From positions 96,001-160,000 of the forward strand of contig CAXXOU010000004.1 in the NCBI GenBank assembly GCA_963677495.2: DNA of 64,000 nt, in the 5' to 3' direction. Under the pieces are notes generated by a model. That model was not told the origin of the DNA and made no database searches. It saw nothing but the letters and a program-made list of their open reading frames with translations. A program made the position numbers and the translations under genes. Source of the stretch: Candidatus Cloacimonadales bacterium (GTDB lineage Bacteria > Cloacimonadota > Cloacimonadia > Cloacimonadales > JAFGVF01). This document shows positions 31,144 to 40,894 of the stretch, one piece after another. The stretch's first letter is position 1. Every line of letters begins with the position of its first letter.

Positions 31144-34100
31144 TTATTTCATCAATATCATCTTCTTTGTTGAGGAGTATGAACCAGACTTCATTCTTAC
31201 AAAGTATACTCCAGATGCTACCTGCTTATTACTATGATCTCTGCCATTCCAAACAACAGAGTGTTTGCCTACAGGTAGATGCTCATTTACAAGCGTTTGA
31301 GTCTTTTCTCCTCTAATATTATAGATAGAGATTTTTGTTCTCACTGCATTATCACTGACAGTAAACATAATTGTTGTTTCGGGATTAAATGGATTAGGAT
31401 AATTGTTGCAAAGTGTGGTGATGATTGAATTATTTGAAACATCTCCATTTTCAACAGTTGCACCTGTGTTTGCAATTGTAATATCATCAATCATCAAAAA
31501 TCCATTTGTTTGATTAGATGTACAATGAATTGCTATTCTTATATCTTCAGAAAGGTTATTGTTAAGACTATATTGGAATAGTGTCCAGTTCTCAGGTACA
31601 AATACCGGTGAATAACCACTGATTATACTGAAATCATCCGGATTAAGACTACCATCTGATATTGCGACTTGAAACTGCTCAGGTGCAATGTCAATTGAAT
31701 ATGAACGGGAAACGAATTCCAAAGATGCTTGGTCGTTGCTAAGCTGGATTATTGGTGAAATTAACCAGTCATCATTTTGGTATCCTTCAACACCTATACA
31801 TGCGACGTATTTCTCACCTGAATATGGATCTGCGTCTTGTAATGGTGGTACCGTTGAATCCGGATTGAAGATACAATAACCATATATATCCTCATCCCTT
31901 GGTATACTAACTCCATTAAGAAAGTTTGAAACTGAACTGTTACTTTGTGACAAAACTGTCCACCCACCAAAATCTGTGACGAAGTCTTCATAGTCTTCAA
32001 AATCATCATCAACTACACAATAAACAGAATCACTATTAGATTGACTCATACTGAATCTAGTATTGGCAATAAAACTGTTTCGACTTAAGTAGGGAGGGTT
32101 TGCCGGGTTAATTGGATCATTATCTCTATATGCTTTCAAACTTCGGTATTCGGGATATACAGAAGTACTATAGAAACCTTCACTGGTCCAACTCAGACCG
32201 GGAGATTTTTCTACAACCCCAATGATTAAATTCTCAGAACCATCGAAGTAAAATGGTTCATCTAGTTCAAAATCAAGCCAGCAATCCTCTGTCGGTCCAT
32301 CAAATTGATTATCATAAACTAAAGTTAAACTATCAAGAGGTACAGGTGTATTAGAAGTGTAAAACTCGCTTCTATTGGTTAATCCCATGTATATTGACCA
32401 ATTATTACTGTTCACTAATCCCTCAGTTCCATTGTAGTGGTAGGAAACATCATGAATATATCCGTAATAATCAAATTCAGAAGCAGGATAAATATTCTGT
32501 GTGTATGAGTAATCGGCACATGGTCTAATCGGATTCTTTGATGTATAGGACTGATTATCTCCTATGACAACAGTACCATAATCTCTCGTTCTAAATGAGC
32601 GAATCTGGCAATTTGGAGCATCTCCTTCAGCGTTGTATGAAACAACTTTCCAATAGTATAATGTGTCATAAGCTAGGTTGTTTTGCAACTGATACTCTCT
32701 TTCATGACCTACATCAAAGCCATTCAACACAGAGGTTGGTGGGTTGTCTGTACCAACATACAATTTATACCCATCCTGGAAATCCAGGTCATTATCCCAA
32801 TAGAAGGTTGGAGTTAAATTAGCTTCAATTGTATTATCTAAAGGATACTCTAAGATTGGAGGATTTGGAAGGTTCCCGTAAGTGTGGAATCTCCAAATCT
32901 GGCATGGATCAGCATATCCATTAGCGTTATAGGGAATAATTTGCCAGTAATGCTGAGTTCCCGTTAACAAACCATATAAGTCATAGTTTAAAACATTTCC
33001 GATATCCAACATATAATGAAAATCTGTAGGTGGATTGTCCGTACCTACGCTTAGGTAGTAACCTGTTGCTGCAGGAGCATAGTTCCAGGATAACTCGGCA
33101 GGATTGTGGATGTTTATTGCACCGGACCAAGGATCTTGAACATGTGTCATTATTGGTGGCATATCTGCATCATAAACTGCAACATGATCAAGCCCAACTA
33201 TTGCTGAATAGTGATCTGCTCTTACTCCTTCAAAATCAAATGCTATTGTTTGACCTATGAAATCAGACAAAGGAATTTGTAAATAAATCCATCCCTGGCT
33301 ATCTTCCTCAAGGTTCACAAGTGTGTTTACAATGTTTCCATTTTGTAAAACATTTATTGTAATATAGGAAGTTTCATCACATTCATCAATCCAATAAGCG
33401 AAAGATAGCTCTGGAGCGGTTAATCCTGCTAGATTAAAATATGGTGAGTATAGATGTTTAGGTGAATCATCTGCATCGTGATGTATACTGATAAAATCAT
33501 TTGGATCGCCATATGAATCAGGATCCCACCCGGAGTGGGCTTCATGTAAACACCAACCATCTACTTCCGGACTTGCAGTCCAACCACCTGGCATTTGACT
33601 ATAAGTAAAAGCTTCCTGATATGGATATTCTCCTCCGGCATAATCAATTGCATTACCTATCAACGGTATAGTATATGTCTGATTTAAGTTATCAGTAACT
33701 ACAATGTTCGCTGATATTTGGCCTACTAAAGGTGGATGGAAAGTAATATTGAATTCTGCACCATCAAAGCTCTGCAATACCATTGGATAAGTATTGTTAT
33801 CATCAAGCGCAAAGTTCACAGTGTCATCTAATGTAACCGATTCAATAGTTATATCACTGCTACTAACATTATAAACTCCAGCCAATACCGGTTCGGTAGC
33901 TGTTTGGATATAGGTGTCATGGAAATCAACTAGACTATGTGATTGATATACGAGTGGTGTAGTTGACACAACTTCAGTTATCATTCTAATATTTGGTATG
34001 TTATTGGACAGCTCGGTTGCTACAGGAGGGTTTTGAAGGTTAGTCTCATCCCAATCGTAATAGCAAAGACTTCTCGCTTCACTTGTCGCTGTACAGAAAA

Positions 34101-35244
34101 AATCCTGATATGAAGAGTCATAATCAGGTTGATTCTCTGCAACAGCTACAACAAGATTTTCTGTGTTATCGATGAAGAAAGGAGTACTAAGAGGAAACTC
34201 AATCCAACCGTCAGCATGAATTGGTGGCACTCCACCACGATATACTTCTGTTAACTCCGAATAAGGTATCCATGAATCTGTATCTTGAAACTCACTGTTG
34301 GTTGTCTGCCCTAATAGAATAACCCATTCTCTACTCATCTCAAGATCACCACCCTGGTTAAAGTGATAAGCAATATTGGTAATATAATTATGCGATAGAT
34401 TAATCTCATTTTGATGATAAATAGTTTGAGTATAACTATAATCTCTATAAGGTTCAATTGGTAATCGGCAATCTTCTAAATCACCATCACCAATAGTTAT
34501 TATATTCGATTCAAAAGCCGTTTGAAAGTTAAACTCAGAAACACTTGTATTTGTTGTTATAGTGTTATGCGAGACAACTTTCCAATAATAGTAAGTTCCT
34601 GATATTAAATTTGTTAAATTTATTGCTGCACTATCCCCGGCTATTGCTCCATCTACAACTTGGGTAGTTGGTGGATTAACAATATCGAAATATAAATCAT
34701 ATGTCTCAGTATTCTCACCAAAATCCCAACTTAAAGTAAAATCTGTTGGAATGTTGTAAGAACCAATTGCAGGGTAGGCATTATAAACAGGCATTGGAGC
34801 ATCTAAATCAACTATAGAACCTGAATAATCAGAAGTAATATCAATAACGTATTCTCCAGAGCCCCCGCAACCCTCAACAACGATATAGTATATATGGTTT
34901 GCATCCAAGGTCAGATCCATTAACGCAGAGCAGAACGATCCACCGTAATCATCATTTGAAAGTAACATAGTTATGGCATCCGAATCATAAAGTCTTAGAT
35001 ATGTGTCATAGCTTGAATTCATAAGACTGATATCGACATTTGTTAATGGAACTAATGAATTTAAAACATAGATTGCATCAGGGGTTGCGTTCCCGGTAGT
35101 ATTGGTTAACAACGATGTGTCACCGGAATCTGTATAGGGAAGATATTGAATAAGAGCAGCGGAAGTAAAGTCATCACCTCCGACTCCCAATAGGTTCCCT
35201 ATAAAGATTGTGACTAAAATCAATAGACAGTAGTTTCTCCTCAT
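31144..35244 (-). CDS. Large secreted multidomain protein (FN3-like repeats, cleaved-adhesin/choice-of-anchor-J-like domain, FlgD-Ig/T9SS-type CTD)
   Basis: Signal peptide, three 'Y.LY.GTDNPP...YYWKV' units, two 'P....YSYTQ.IY' domains, 'NDDWLISP' and NYPNPFNPET...KKMILMK. Confidence 0.88.
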   Translation of the reverse strand: MRRNYCLLILVTIFIGNLLGVGGDDFTSAALIQYLPYTDSGDTSLLTNTTGNATPDAIYVLNSLVPLTNVDISLMNSSYDTYLRLYDSDAITMLLSNDDYGGSFCSALMDLTLDANHIYYIVVEGCGGSGEYVIDITSDYSGSIVDLDAPMPVYNAYPAIGSYNIPTDFTLSWDFGENTETYDLYFDIVNPPTTQVVDGAIAGDSAAINLTNLISGTYYYWKVVSHNTITTNTSVSEFNFQTAFESNIITIGDGDLEDCRLPIEPYRDYSYTQTIYHQNEINLSHNYITNIAYHFNQGGDLEMSREWVILLGQTTNSEFQDTDSWIPYSELTEVYRGGVPPIHADGWIEFPLSTPFFIDNTENLVVAVAENQPDYDSSYQDFFCTATSEARSLCYYDWDETNLQNPPVATELSNNIPNIRMITEVVSTTPLVYQSHSLVDFHDTYIQTATEPVLAGVYNVSSSDITIESVTLDDTVNFALDDNNTYPMVLQSFDGAEFNITFHPPLVGQISANIVVTDNLNQTYTIPLIGNAIDYAGGEYPYQEAFTYSQMPGGWTASPEVDGWCLHEAHSGWDPDSYGDPNDFISIHHDADDSPKHLYSPYFNLAGLTAPELSFAYWIDECDETSYITINVLQNGNIVNTLVNLEEDSQGWIYLQIPLSDFIGQTIAFDFEGVRADHYSAIVGLDHVAVYDADMPPIMTHVQDPWSGAINIHNPAELSWNYAPAATGYYLSVGTDNPPTDFHYMLDIGNVLNYDLYGLLTGTQHYWQIIPYNANGYADPCQIWRFHTYGNLPNPPILEYPLDNTIEANLTPTFYWDNDLDFQDGYKLYVGTDNPPTSVLNGFDVGHEREYQLQNNLAYDTLYYWKVVSYNAEGDAPNCQIRSFRTRDYGTVVIGDNQSYTSKNPIRPCADYSYTQNIYPASEFDYYGYIHDVSYHYNGTEGLVNSNNWSIYMGLTNRSEFYTSNTPVPLDSLTLVYDNQFDGPTEDCWLDFELDEPFYFDGSENLIIGVVEKSPGLSWTSEGFYSTSVYPEYRSLKAYRDNDPINPANPPYLSRNSFIANTRFSMSQSNSDSVYCVVDDDFEDYEDFVTDFGGWTVLSQSNSSVSNFLNGVSIPRDEDIYGYCIFNPDSTVPPLQDADPYSGEKYVACIGVEGYQNDDWLISPIIQLSNDQASLEFVSRSYSIDIAPEQFQVAISDGSLNPDDFSIISGYSPVFVPENWTLFQYSLNNNLSEDIRIAIHCTSNQTNGFLMIDDITIANTGATVENGDVSNNSIITTLCNNYPNPFNPETTIMFTVSDNAVRTKISIYNIRGEKTQTLVNEHLPVGKHSVVWNGRDHSNKQVASGVYFVRMKSGSYSSTKKMILMK

Positions 35245-35475
35245 AGTACATCTCCTTTCTAGAATGGTTAGACAAGTTTATCGCAACTTATATATAACTA
35301 CATGATAAACCTAATGATAACTTATACAAAAATGAAGAGAAGAAGTTCCATTGTCAATGTAATAATTGTTTGCTAAAAGATTTATGAATAGAATAATGAT
35401 GTGAGTGCCACTATTTACTAGCACTCACATCATATATTATTTTTTCTTAATCTAAATATCTAATTCACTTATTTG

Positions 35476-37860
35476 TTAGACAGTAATCGCTATATCAAGT
35501 ACTTCCTTAAAGTAATCTACAAAATGTACTGTAACACCCTCTTTGATGTAATCCTGAAGCTCCTCAAAGTCATTTTGGTTGTCTTTTGGGAAGATCAGCT
35601 CATTAATTCCAACTCGCTTAGCTGCTATAGTTTTTTCTCGAACTCCACCAATTGGTAATACTTTACCTGTCAGCGTTAGTTCTCCTGTCATTGCTAAGCC
35701 TTTTCTTATAGGCTTCTTATGGATCAAGGAGTAGAGAGCCAATGCCATTGTTATTCCTGCTGACGGTCCATCTTTTGGTGTTGCTCCGGCGGGAACATGG
35801 ATATGAATATAGTTCTCATTATAGTAGTCACAAACCTCTTTATCGTTGCAGATGATAGACCGTATATAAGAATAGGCAATTTCTGAAGATTCTTTCATTA
35901 CGTTTCCAAGTTGTCCTGTTTGCTTGAAACCACCACCTTTTCTCATAAATGATGAAGCTTCAATGTATAGGGTTGAGCCACCATAAGGTGTCCATGCCAA
36001 ACCGAGTACAACACCCGGTATCTGTCTCTTGTAAAGATGTTCCGGACTGAATAAAGGTTTGCCTAAGAACTCTTGCACATTCTTCACACTAACTGAGAAT
36101 GAATCACCTTTTCCTTCTGCCATTCTGAGGGTTACTTGTCTCATAATCTTCTTAATCTGTTGCTCAAGATATCTTACACCTGCATCACGAGAGTAATCTT
36201 CAATGATCTTCTCAAGACCTTTATCAGTAATTTTGACTTCAGAAGCTTTCAATCCATGCTCTTTACGATGTCTTGGTATCAGGTATTGCTTTGCAATCTC
36301 CTTTTTCTCGCGCATCACGTAACCTGGGACAGAGACAATCTCCATCCTATCTCTAAGTGGTCCCGGGATAGTATCTAATTGATTTGCAGTAGTAACAAAA
36401 AGAACCTTTGAAAGGTCATATCTAACATCAAGATAGTGATCTAAGAAATCCTTGTTTTGCTCAGGGTCTAAAACTTCTAACAAGGCTGATGCGGGGTCTC
36501 CTTGAAAGCTCTTGCCCAGTTTATCAATCTCATCAAGCATAATAACAGGATTAGAAGTTCCAGTACGCTTAAGACTCTCGATTATCTTACCCGGGAGTGC
36601 TCCAATATAGGTTCTGCGATGGCCTTTAATCTCTGCTTCGTCTCGCATCCCACCCAAGCTAAATCTATAGAACTTTCTATTAAGGGCATGTGCTATTGAC
36701 TTTCCAACTGAGGTTTTACCTACACCCGGAGGACCAACAAAGCAAAGTATTGTACCACTGAGATTTCCACTCTTAATGATTGTTGAAATATACTCTAAAA
36801 TAATCTTCTTCACATCCTGAAGTCCAAAATGATCTTGATCCAGTATCTTGCGAGCTTTTGCTAAATCAAGATTGTCTTTAGAGTATATACCCCAAGGTAG
36901 CTCTGTTAGCTGATTTAGGTAGTTTTGAGTAACAGTATATTCCGGGCCACCGGGTTGCATTATCTTAAGTTTATTTATCTCTCTTTCAATTACTTCACGT
37001 ACTTCATCAGTAAGTTTCAGTTTCTTGACTCGTTTTTCAAGCTTCTCTATCTCAGCAGTTGTATCGTCAACTTCCATACCAAGTTCTTTCTTAATCACTT
37101 TAAGCTGTTCACGTAAAAAGAACTCACGTTGTTGCTTAGACATCTTTTCTTCAATTTGTTTTTCAATTTCCTGCTGTATTTTTCCTACTTCTATCTCTTT
37201 GCGAATAAGGATGAGAAGCTTCTTAGCACGTTCCATAATATCTATCGACTCAAGTAAATCCTGCATCTCATAAGTTTCACTTTGGATTATGTTAGAGACC
37301 ATGTCAATAAACATGGAAGGTTTATCATACGACACTTGTGTAAAAAGCATTTTTATCTGTTGTTGAACTACCGGATTGATGTTCAATAACTCCTTAATAC
37401 TATTCATTATCTCTAAAAGATATGCTTTAATCTCCGGAGTAACCTTCGGTTCTTTCTGATTAAGATATACTACTTCCCACTTGAGGAAAGGATCCATTTC
37501 TATTTGCTTAACTCTTTTAAATCTTTTCAAACCTTGAGCAATAATCTGAATAGAGTCATTTTCTAAATGTATTACTTTATAGATTTTTATTACAGTTCCA
37601 ATGCTATAGAGATCTTCCTCGTCAAGTTCTCCTTCAGCTGTCTGTTTCAAAAATACTGCACCAAGTAGTTTCTCCTCACTTTCCCATGTTTGCTCAATCA
37701 ACTCTGTGTAGAATGAACCGGAAAATGTAATTGGGATCATTAAACCCGGGAAAATCGGTCTTTGAATCAAAGGAATAATATTAAGCTCAGGAGGAAATAT
37801 CTCCATCGCGAGGATAAGACCTTCTTCAATCTCTTTTTGTCTTCTTTCTTTTTCGTCCAT
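35476..37860 (-). CDS. lon: ATP-dependent Lon protease
   Basis: GPPGVGKTS, GHRRTYIG, LDEIDK, catalytic PKDGPSAG and PIGGVREK motifs. Confidence 0.98.
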   Translation of the reverse strand: MDEKERRQKEIEEGLILAMEIFPPELNIIPLIQRPIFPGLMIPITFSGSFYTELIEQTWESEEKLLGAVFLKQTAEGELDEEDLYSIGTVIKIYKVIHLENDSIQIIAQGLKRFKRVKQIEMDPFLKWEVVYLNQKEPKVTPEIKAYLLEIMNSIKELLNINPVVQQQIKMLFTQVSYDKPSMFIDMVSNIIQSETYEMQDLLESIDIMERAKKLLILIRKEIEVGKIQQEIEKQIEEKMSKQQREFFLREQLKVIKKELGMEVDDTTAEIEKLEKRVKKLKLTDEVREVIEREINKLKIMQPGGPEYTVTQNYLNQLTELPWGIYSKDNLDLAKARKILDQDHFGLQDVKKIILEYISTIIKSGNLSGTILCFVGPPGVGKTSVGKSIAHALNRKFYRFSLGGMRDEAEIKGHRRTYIGALPGKIIESLKRTGTSNPVIMLDEIDKLGKSFQGDPASALLEVLDPEQNKDFLDHYLDVRYDLSKVLFVTTANQLDTIPGPLRDRMEIVSVPGYVMREKKEIAKQYLIPRHRKEHGLKASEVKITDKGLEKIIEDYSRDAGVRYLEQQIKKIMRQVTLRMAEGKGDSFSVSVKNVQEFLGKPLFSPEHLYKRQIPGVVLGLAWTPYGGSTLYIEASSFMRKGGGFKQTGQLGNVMKESSEIAYSYIRSIICNDKEVCDYYNENYIHIHVPAGATPKDGPSAGITMALALYSLIHKKPIRKGLAMTGELTLTGKVLPIGGVREKTIAAKRVGINELIFPKDNQNDFEELQDYIKEGVTVHFVDYFKEVLDIAITV

Positions 37861-38080
37861 AATTTGCTCCCTCATTTCTACTAAAACAAAGTATGTTTCC
37901 TGTATAAAATATGTTTCTATTTCTATTGTGCAAACAAAATATATATAATTCTGGATTTAACCGACTGTGTCGGTTTGTCTTATTATGTTTAGTTAAATTA
38001 GCATGTAAAAAACTAGTTCATTCCAGCAACTTTCTTTTCTAGTGAGATAGGTATCTATGCAGTTGATGCCACCCATTAGA

Positions 38081-38410
38081 CAAAACGCAGTCATCCCACT
38101 GTTTTCCCACTGTGCACGCACTGTGAACCCACTGAAACAGTGGGTTGGCAGTGCCTTCACAGTGCGTGCACAGTGCAAACGCAGTGCGTTGGAAGATAGA
38201 GCAGTAAAAGTGAGAAAAAAGGACAATAAATATAGCTAAATTGTTGCAAAACACGCTGTGTATGTGATTCTTAAGCTGTCACCATTACGACCATCGGGAG
38301 TTCGGGGAAATGCGACTTCGAAGTATAATTCCATTTCCCCAAGCTCCTTCCAGTCACACAGGTGACTGGAATTAGAAGTAAGTTATTGTAAATATCACTG
38401 CGTATCTTCT
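38081..38410. repeat. ~190-bp palindromic element, copy 2, followed by a REP-like module
   Basis: Homologous to 2018-2210. CACTG at 38097, 38108, 38119, 38130 and CAGTG at 38138, 38149, 38160, 38171, 38182. It continues with 'tcacc.ttacgacca.cgggagttc.ggga..tgcgacttcgaagt', as at ~2610-2660. Confidence 0.9.
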
Positions 38411-38479
38411 TTCAAAAGTAACTAACTTTTGCTTTACAGCATTCATCAATTTGTTTGGTTTAGCAGAGAGGAATTATTT

Positions 38480-38941
38480 ATGGATAAGAAGATAAGAAAT
38501 TCAATAAAAGCGATAATAATCAGAGATAATAGATTACTCACAATCAAATGTGAAGATGAAATGGGAACGTTTTACCTTTTACCTGGTGGGGGACAGGAGA
38601 AATATGAACTGATGCCTGATGCACTTAAGCGTGAATGTATTGAAGAGGTTGGAGTTGATGTTGAACCGGGGAGACTAATGTTTATTCGAGAATACTTATC
38701 GGATAACCATGAGTTTGCTGAATATGACAATCACGTTCATCAGATTGAATTTATGTTTGAAACAACAATAATCGGTGATGCAGAACCAACAATGGGAGAA
38801 CATGGAGATCCTTATCAGGTAGGCATCGAATGGCTGGAACTTGATAATTTGATGGATTATAGACTCTATCCTCAAACGCTTAGAGATAAGCTGATGAACA
38901 GCAAATATGATGGTCCTATCTATTTAGGAGATATTAACTGA
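38480..38941 (+). CDS. NUDIX hydrolase
   Basis: Nudix box LPGGGQEKYE...ALKRECIEEVG. The ATG follows GAGG. Confidence 0.92.
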   Translation: MDKKIRNSIKAIIIRDNRLLTIKCEDEMGTFYLLPGGGQEKYELMPDALKRECIEEVGVDVEPGRLMFIREYLSDNHEFAEYDNHVHQIEFMFETTIIGDAEPTMGEHGDPYQVGIEWLELDNLMDYRLYPQTLRDKLMNSKYDGPIYLGDIN

Positions 38942-39789
38942 TGAGCAAAATCGTAATAATATTTGTGATGTTCTTAATCTCATTATCTCTTGTTGCAACT
39001 GAAATAGTAGAGCTGGAAGGTGACTTCATTGAAAGTGGTTTAATACTCGGAACCTTAAAACAGGAAGTGGAATCTGTAAGGTTTAACGGAAGAGAATTAA
39101 AGGTGGATAGAGATAAGTTTGCCTTTGGATTTGGGTTATCAAAAAGTAGGAATGGGACTCTTGTCATCAAACTGGATGATCAAAACAGGTTGCAGATAAA
39201 TCTTCCTGTAGTAGCCTATGATTCAGGACAAATAGACTCAATAACTGTAACGCCTGAGATGATTAATCCTCCCAGAACAGAGGAAGTTAAAAAGCGTTTA
39301 GAACGTGAATATCATGCAAAAGTAAGCACACGGAAAGCATTAGCAGAAACAGCAACACAATACTTTAATGAGTTCCAGAGACCTGTATATACTGGACGTA
39401 TTTCCACAAAGTTTGGTGCTAAACGAGTTTATAATGGTACTAAAGAAAGTATCCATTCCGGTACTGACATTGCGAAAGGACAAGGGGCTAACGTAAGAGC
39501 TATGGCTAATGGCGTTGTGAAAATGGTAGATGATTTCTATTTTAGTGGTAATTTTATCTTCATTGATCATGGTTTGGGATTGAGCTCTGAATACTTTCAT
39601 TTAAGTAAAACCAAGGTCAAAGAGGGGCAGAAGATAGAGCGTAATCAGGTTATTGGTGAAGTTGGCTCAACCGGTAGATCAACAGGACCTCATCTTCACT
39701 GGCAGACATATTGGTTCACTAATAAACTCAACCCAATGTTCTTGATTGATGATGAAACTGAGAAGAGAATGTATGGTTGGGTAGAGTAA
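38941..39789 (+). CDS. Exported M23-family metallopeptidase
   Basis: Signal peptide, HSGTD and VGSTGRSTGPHLH motifs. Confidence 0.93.
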   Translation: MSKIVIIFVMFLISLSLVATEIVELEGDFIESGLILGTLKQEVESVRFNGRELKVDRDKFAFGFGLSKSRNGTLVIKLDDQNRLQINLPVVAYDSGQIDSITVTPEMINPPRTEEVKKRLEREYHAKVSTRKALAETATQYFNEFQRPVYTGRISTKFGAKRVYNGTKESIHSGTDIAKGQGANVRAMANGVVKMVDDFYFSGNFIFIDHGLGLSSEYFHLSKTKVKEGQKIERNQVIGEVGSTGRSTGPHLHWQTYWFTNKLNPMFLIDDETEKRMYGWVE

Positions 39790-39796
39790 TGTGAAT

Positions 39797-40178
39797 CGAT
39801 TAGCCTTGATCGGATTGAAAGTATTGCATGAGTCCTCTCTTGCACATAGCTTGATAAAGCTATTAATACTCCATTTTGTTAAGTTGTAAATACAGTTTAA
39901 ATATTTCCACGCTAATTCCAGTCAGTGGCAATTGCCGACTTTGTCGGCACAGCAACTCAGGAGAGTCGCAGTACAAACCGATTAGCCTTGATCGGATTGA
40001 AAGTATTGCATGAGTCCTCTCTTGCACATAGCTTGATAAAGCTATTAATACTCCATTTTGTTAAGTTGTAAATACAGTTTAAATATTTCCACGCTAATTC
40101 CAGTCAGTGGCAATTGCCGACTTTGTCGGCACAGCATCTCAGGAGAGTCGCAGTACAAACCGATTAGCCTTGATCGGA
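39797..40178. repeat. Tandem repeat, 182-bp unit x2 plus 18 bp
   Basis: Units begin CGATTAGCCTTGATCGGA at 39797, 39979 and 40161. I found one substitution between the copies (gcaactc/gcatctc). Confidence 0.95.
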
Positions 40179-40182
40179 ATAT

Positions 40183-40210
40183 AAAAAAAGCCTACTCGAA
40201 AGTAGGCTTT
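40183..40210 (-). terminator. Intrinsic terminator after rpmA
   Basis: AAAGCCTACT-CGAA-AGTAGGCTTT with an A7 run on the + strand. Confidence 0.88.
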
Positions 40211-40231
40211 AAAATCTATTGAGTCGAAAGT

Positions 40232-40483
40232 TTAAGCGTAAACGCTGATATACTTTCTACCTTTAGCTTTAGTCTCAAACTTAACATTACCTTCGATAAG
40301 ACTGAAGATAGTGTGATCTTTACCCATGCCAACGTTGTTGCCAGGATGGAATTTAGTTCCACGCTGACGTACGATGATGTTACCGGCTTTAACTAACTCG
40401 CCACCATACTTCTTAACACCCAAATATTGAGGGTTACTGTCGCGACCGTTTTTACTACTTCCAACACCTTTCTTATGTGCCAT
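40232..40483 (-). CDS. rpmA: 50S ribosomal protein L27
   Basis: [16 protein letters not shown] and IIVRQRGTK. Confidence 0.99.
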   Translation of the reverse strand: MAHKKGVGSSKNGRDSNPQYLGVKKYGGELVKAGNIIVRQRGTKFHPGNNVGMGKDHTIFSLIEGNVKFETKAKGRKYISVYA

Positions 40484-40498
40484 GTACTAAATCCTCTT

Positions 40499-40828
40499 TT
40501 ATGCTTTTATGCTTTCGATTCTAAGAAGAGTGAATTTCTGTTTGTGACCTCTTTTTTTACGGTAGCCACCTCTTCTTTTCTTCTTGAAAACGATTATTTT
40601 CTTTTCCCTGTACTTAAGATCTTCAGGGTCTGATATAACTTCGGCGATGATTTTCACATCGGAGACAACGGGGGTACCAATCTTGATATCATCATCTGTT
40701 CTAAGCATAAGAACATCGTTGATTTCAATCTTCTCGCCCTGTTTCTTCTCAGCGAGATAGGGTACTTTCACCACAGCGTTGTTTTCTACTTTGAGCTGTG
40801 TACCTCTAAATTCAACAATAGCGTACAT
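40499..40828 (-). CDS. rplU: 50S ribosomal protein L21
   Basis: MYAIVE, KIGTP and KIIVFKKKRR..YRKKRGHKQ. Adjacent to rpmA. Confidence 0.97.
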   Translation of the reverse strand: MYAIVEFRGTQLKVENNAVVKVPYLAEKKQGEKIEINDVLMLRTDDDIKIGTPVVSDVKIIAEVISDPEDLKYREKKIIVFKKKRRGGYRKKRGHKQKFTLLRIESIKA

Positions 40829-40894
40829 CTATTTCTCCTTAATTATTAAACCATGTAATGATTTTTGACAATAAATTTGGGACAGGCTCTCATG

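Noticed and set aside
37970..38000. dif site
   Set aside because: TTATGTTTAGT only partly resembles the XerD arm, and no plausible XerC arm lies at 6-bp spacing. The same applies to the match near 44200.
37993..38254. Short ORFs over the palindromic element (and similar ORFs at 47428-47658 and 59622-60619)
   Set aside because: They are by-products of GC-rich palindromes or tRNA genes, with no RBS or recognisable domain.
39797..40178. CRISPR array (three 18-bp palindromic repeats)
   Set aside because: The intervening 164-bp segments are near-identical and far too long for spacers, and no cas genes are present.
40232..40828. Missing prp gene between rplU and rpmA
   Set aside because: L27 starts directly with MAHKK and has no N-terminal extension, so Prp is not needed. 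This is the ordinary arrangement.
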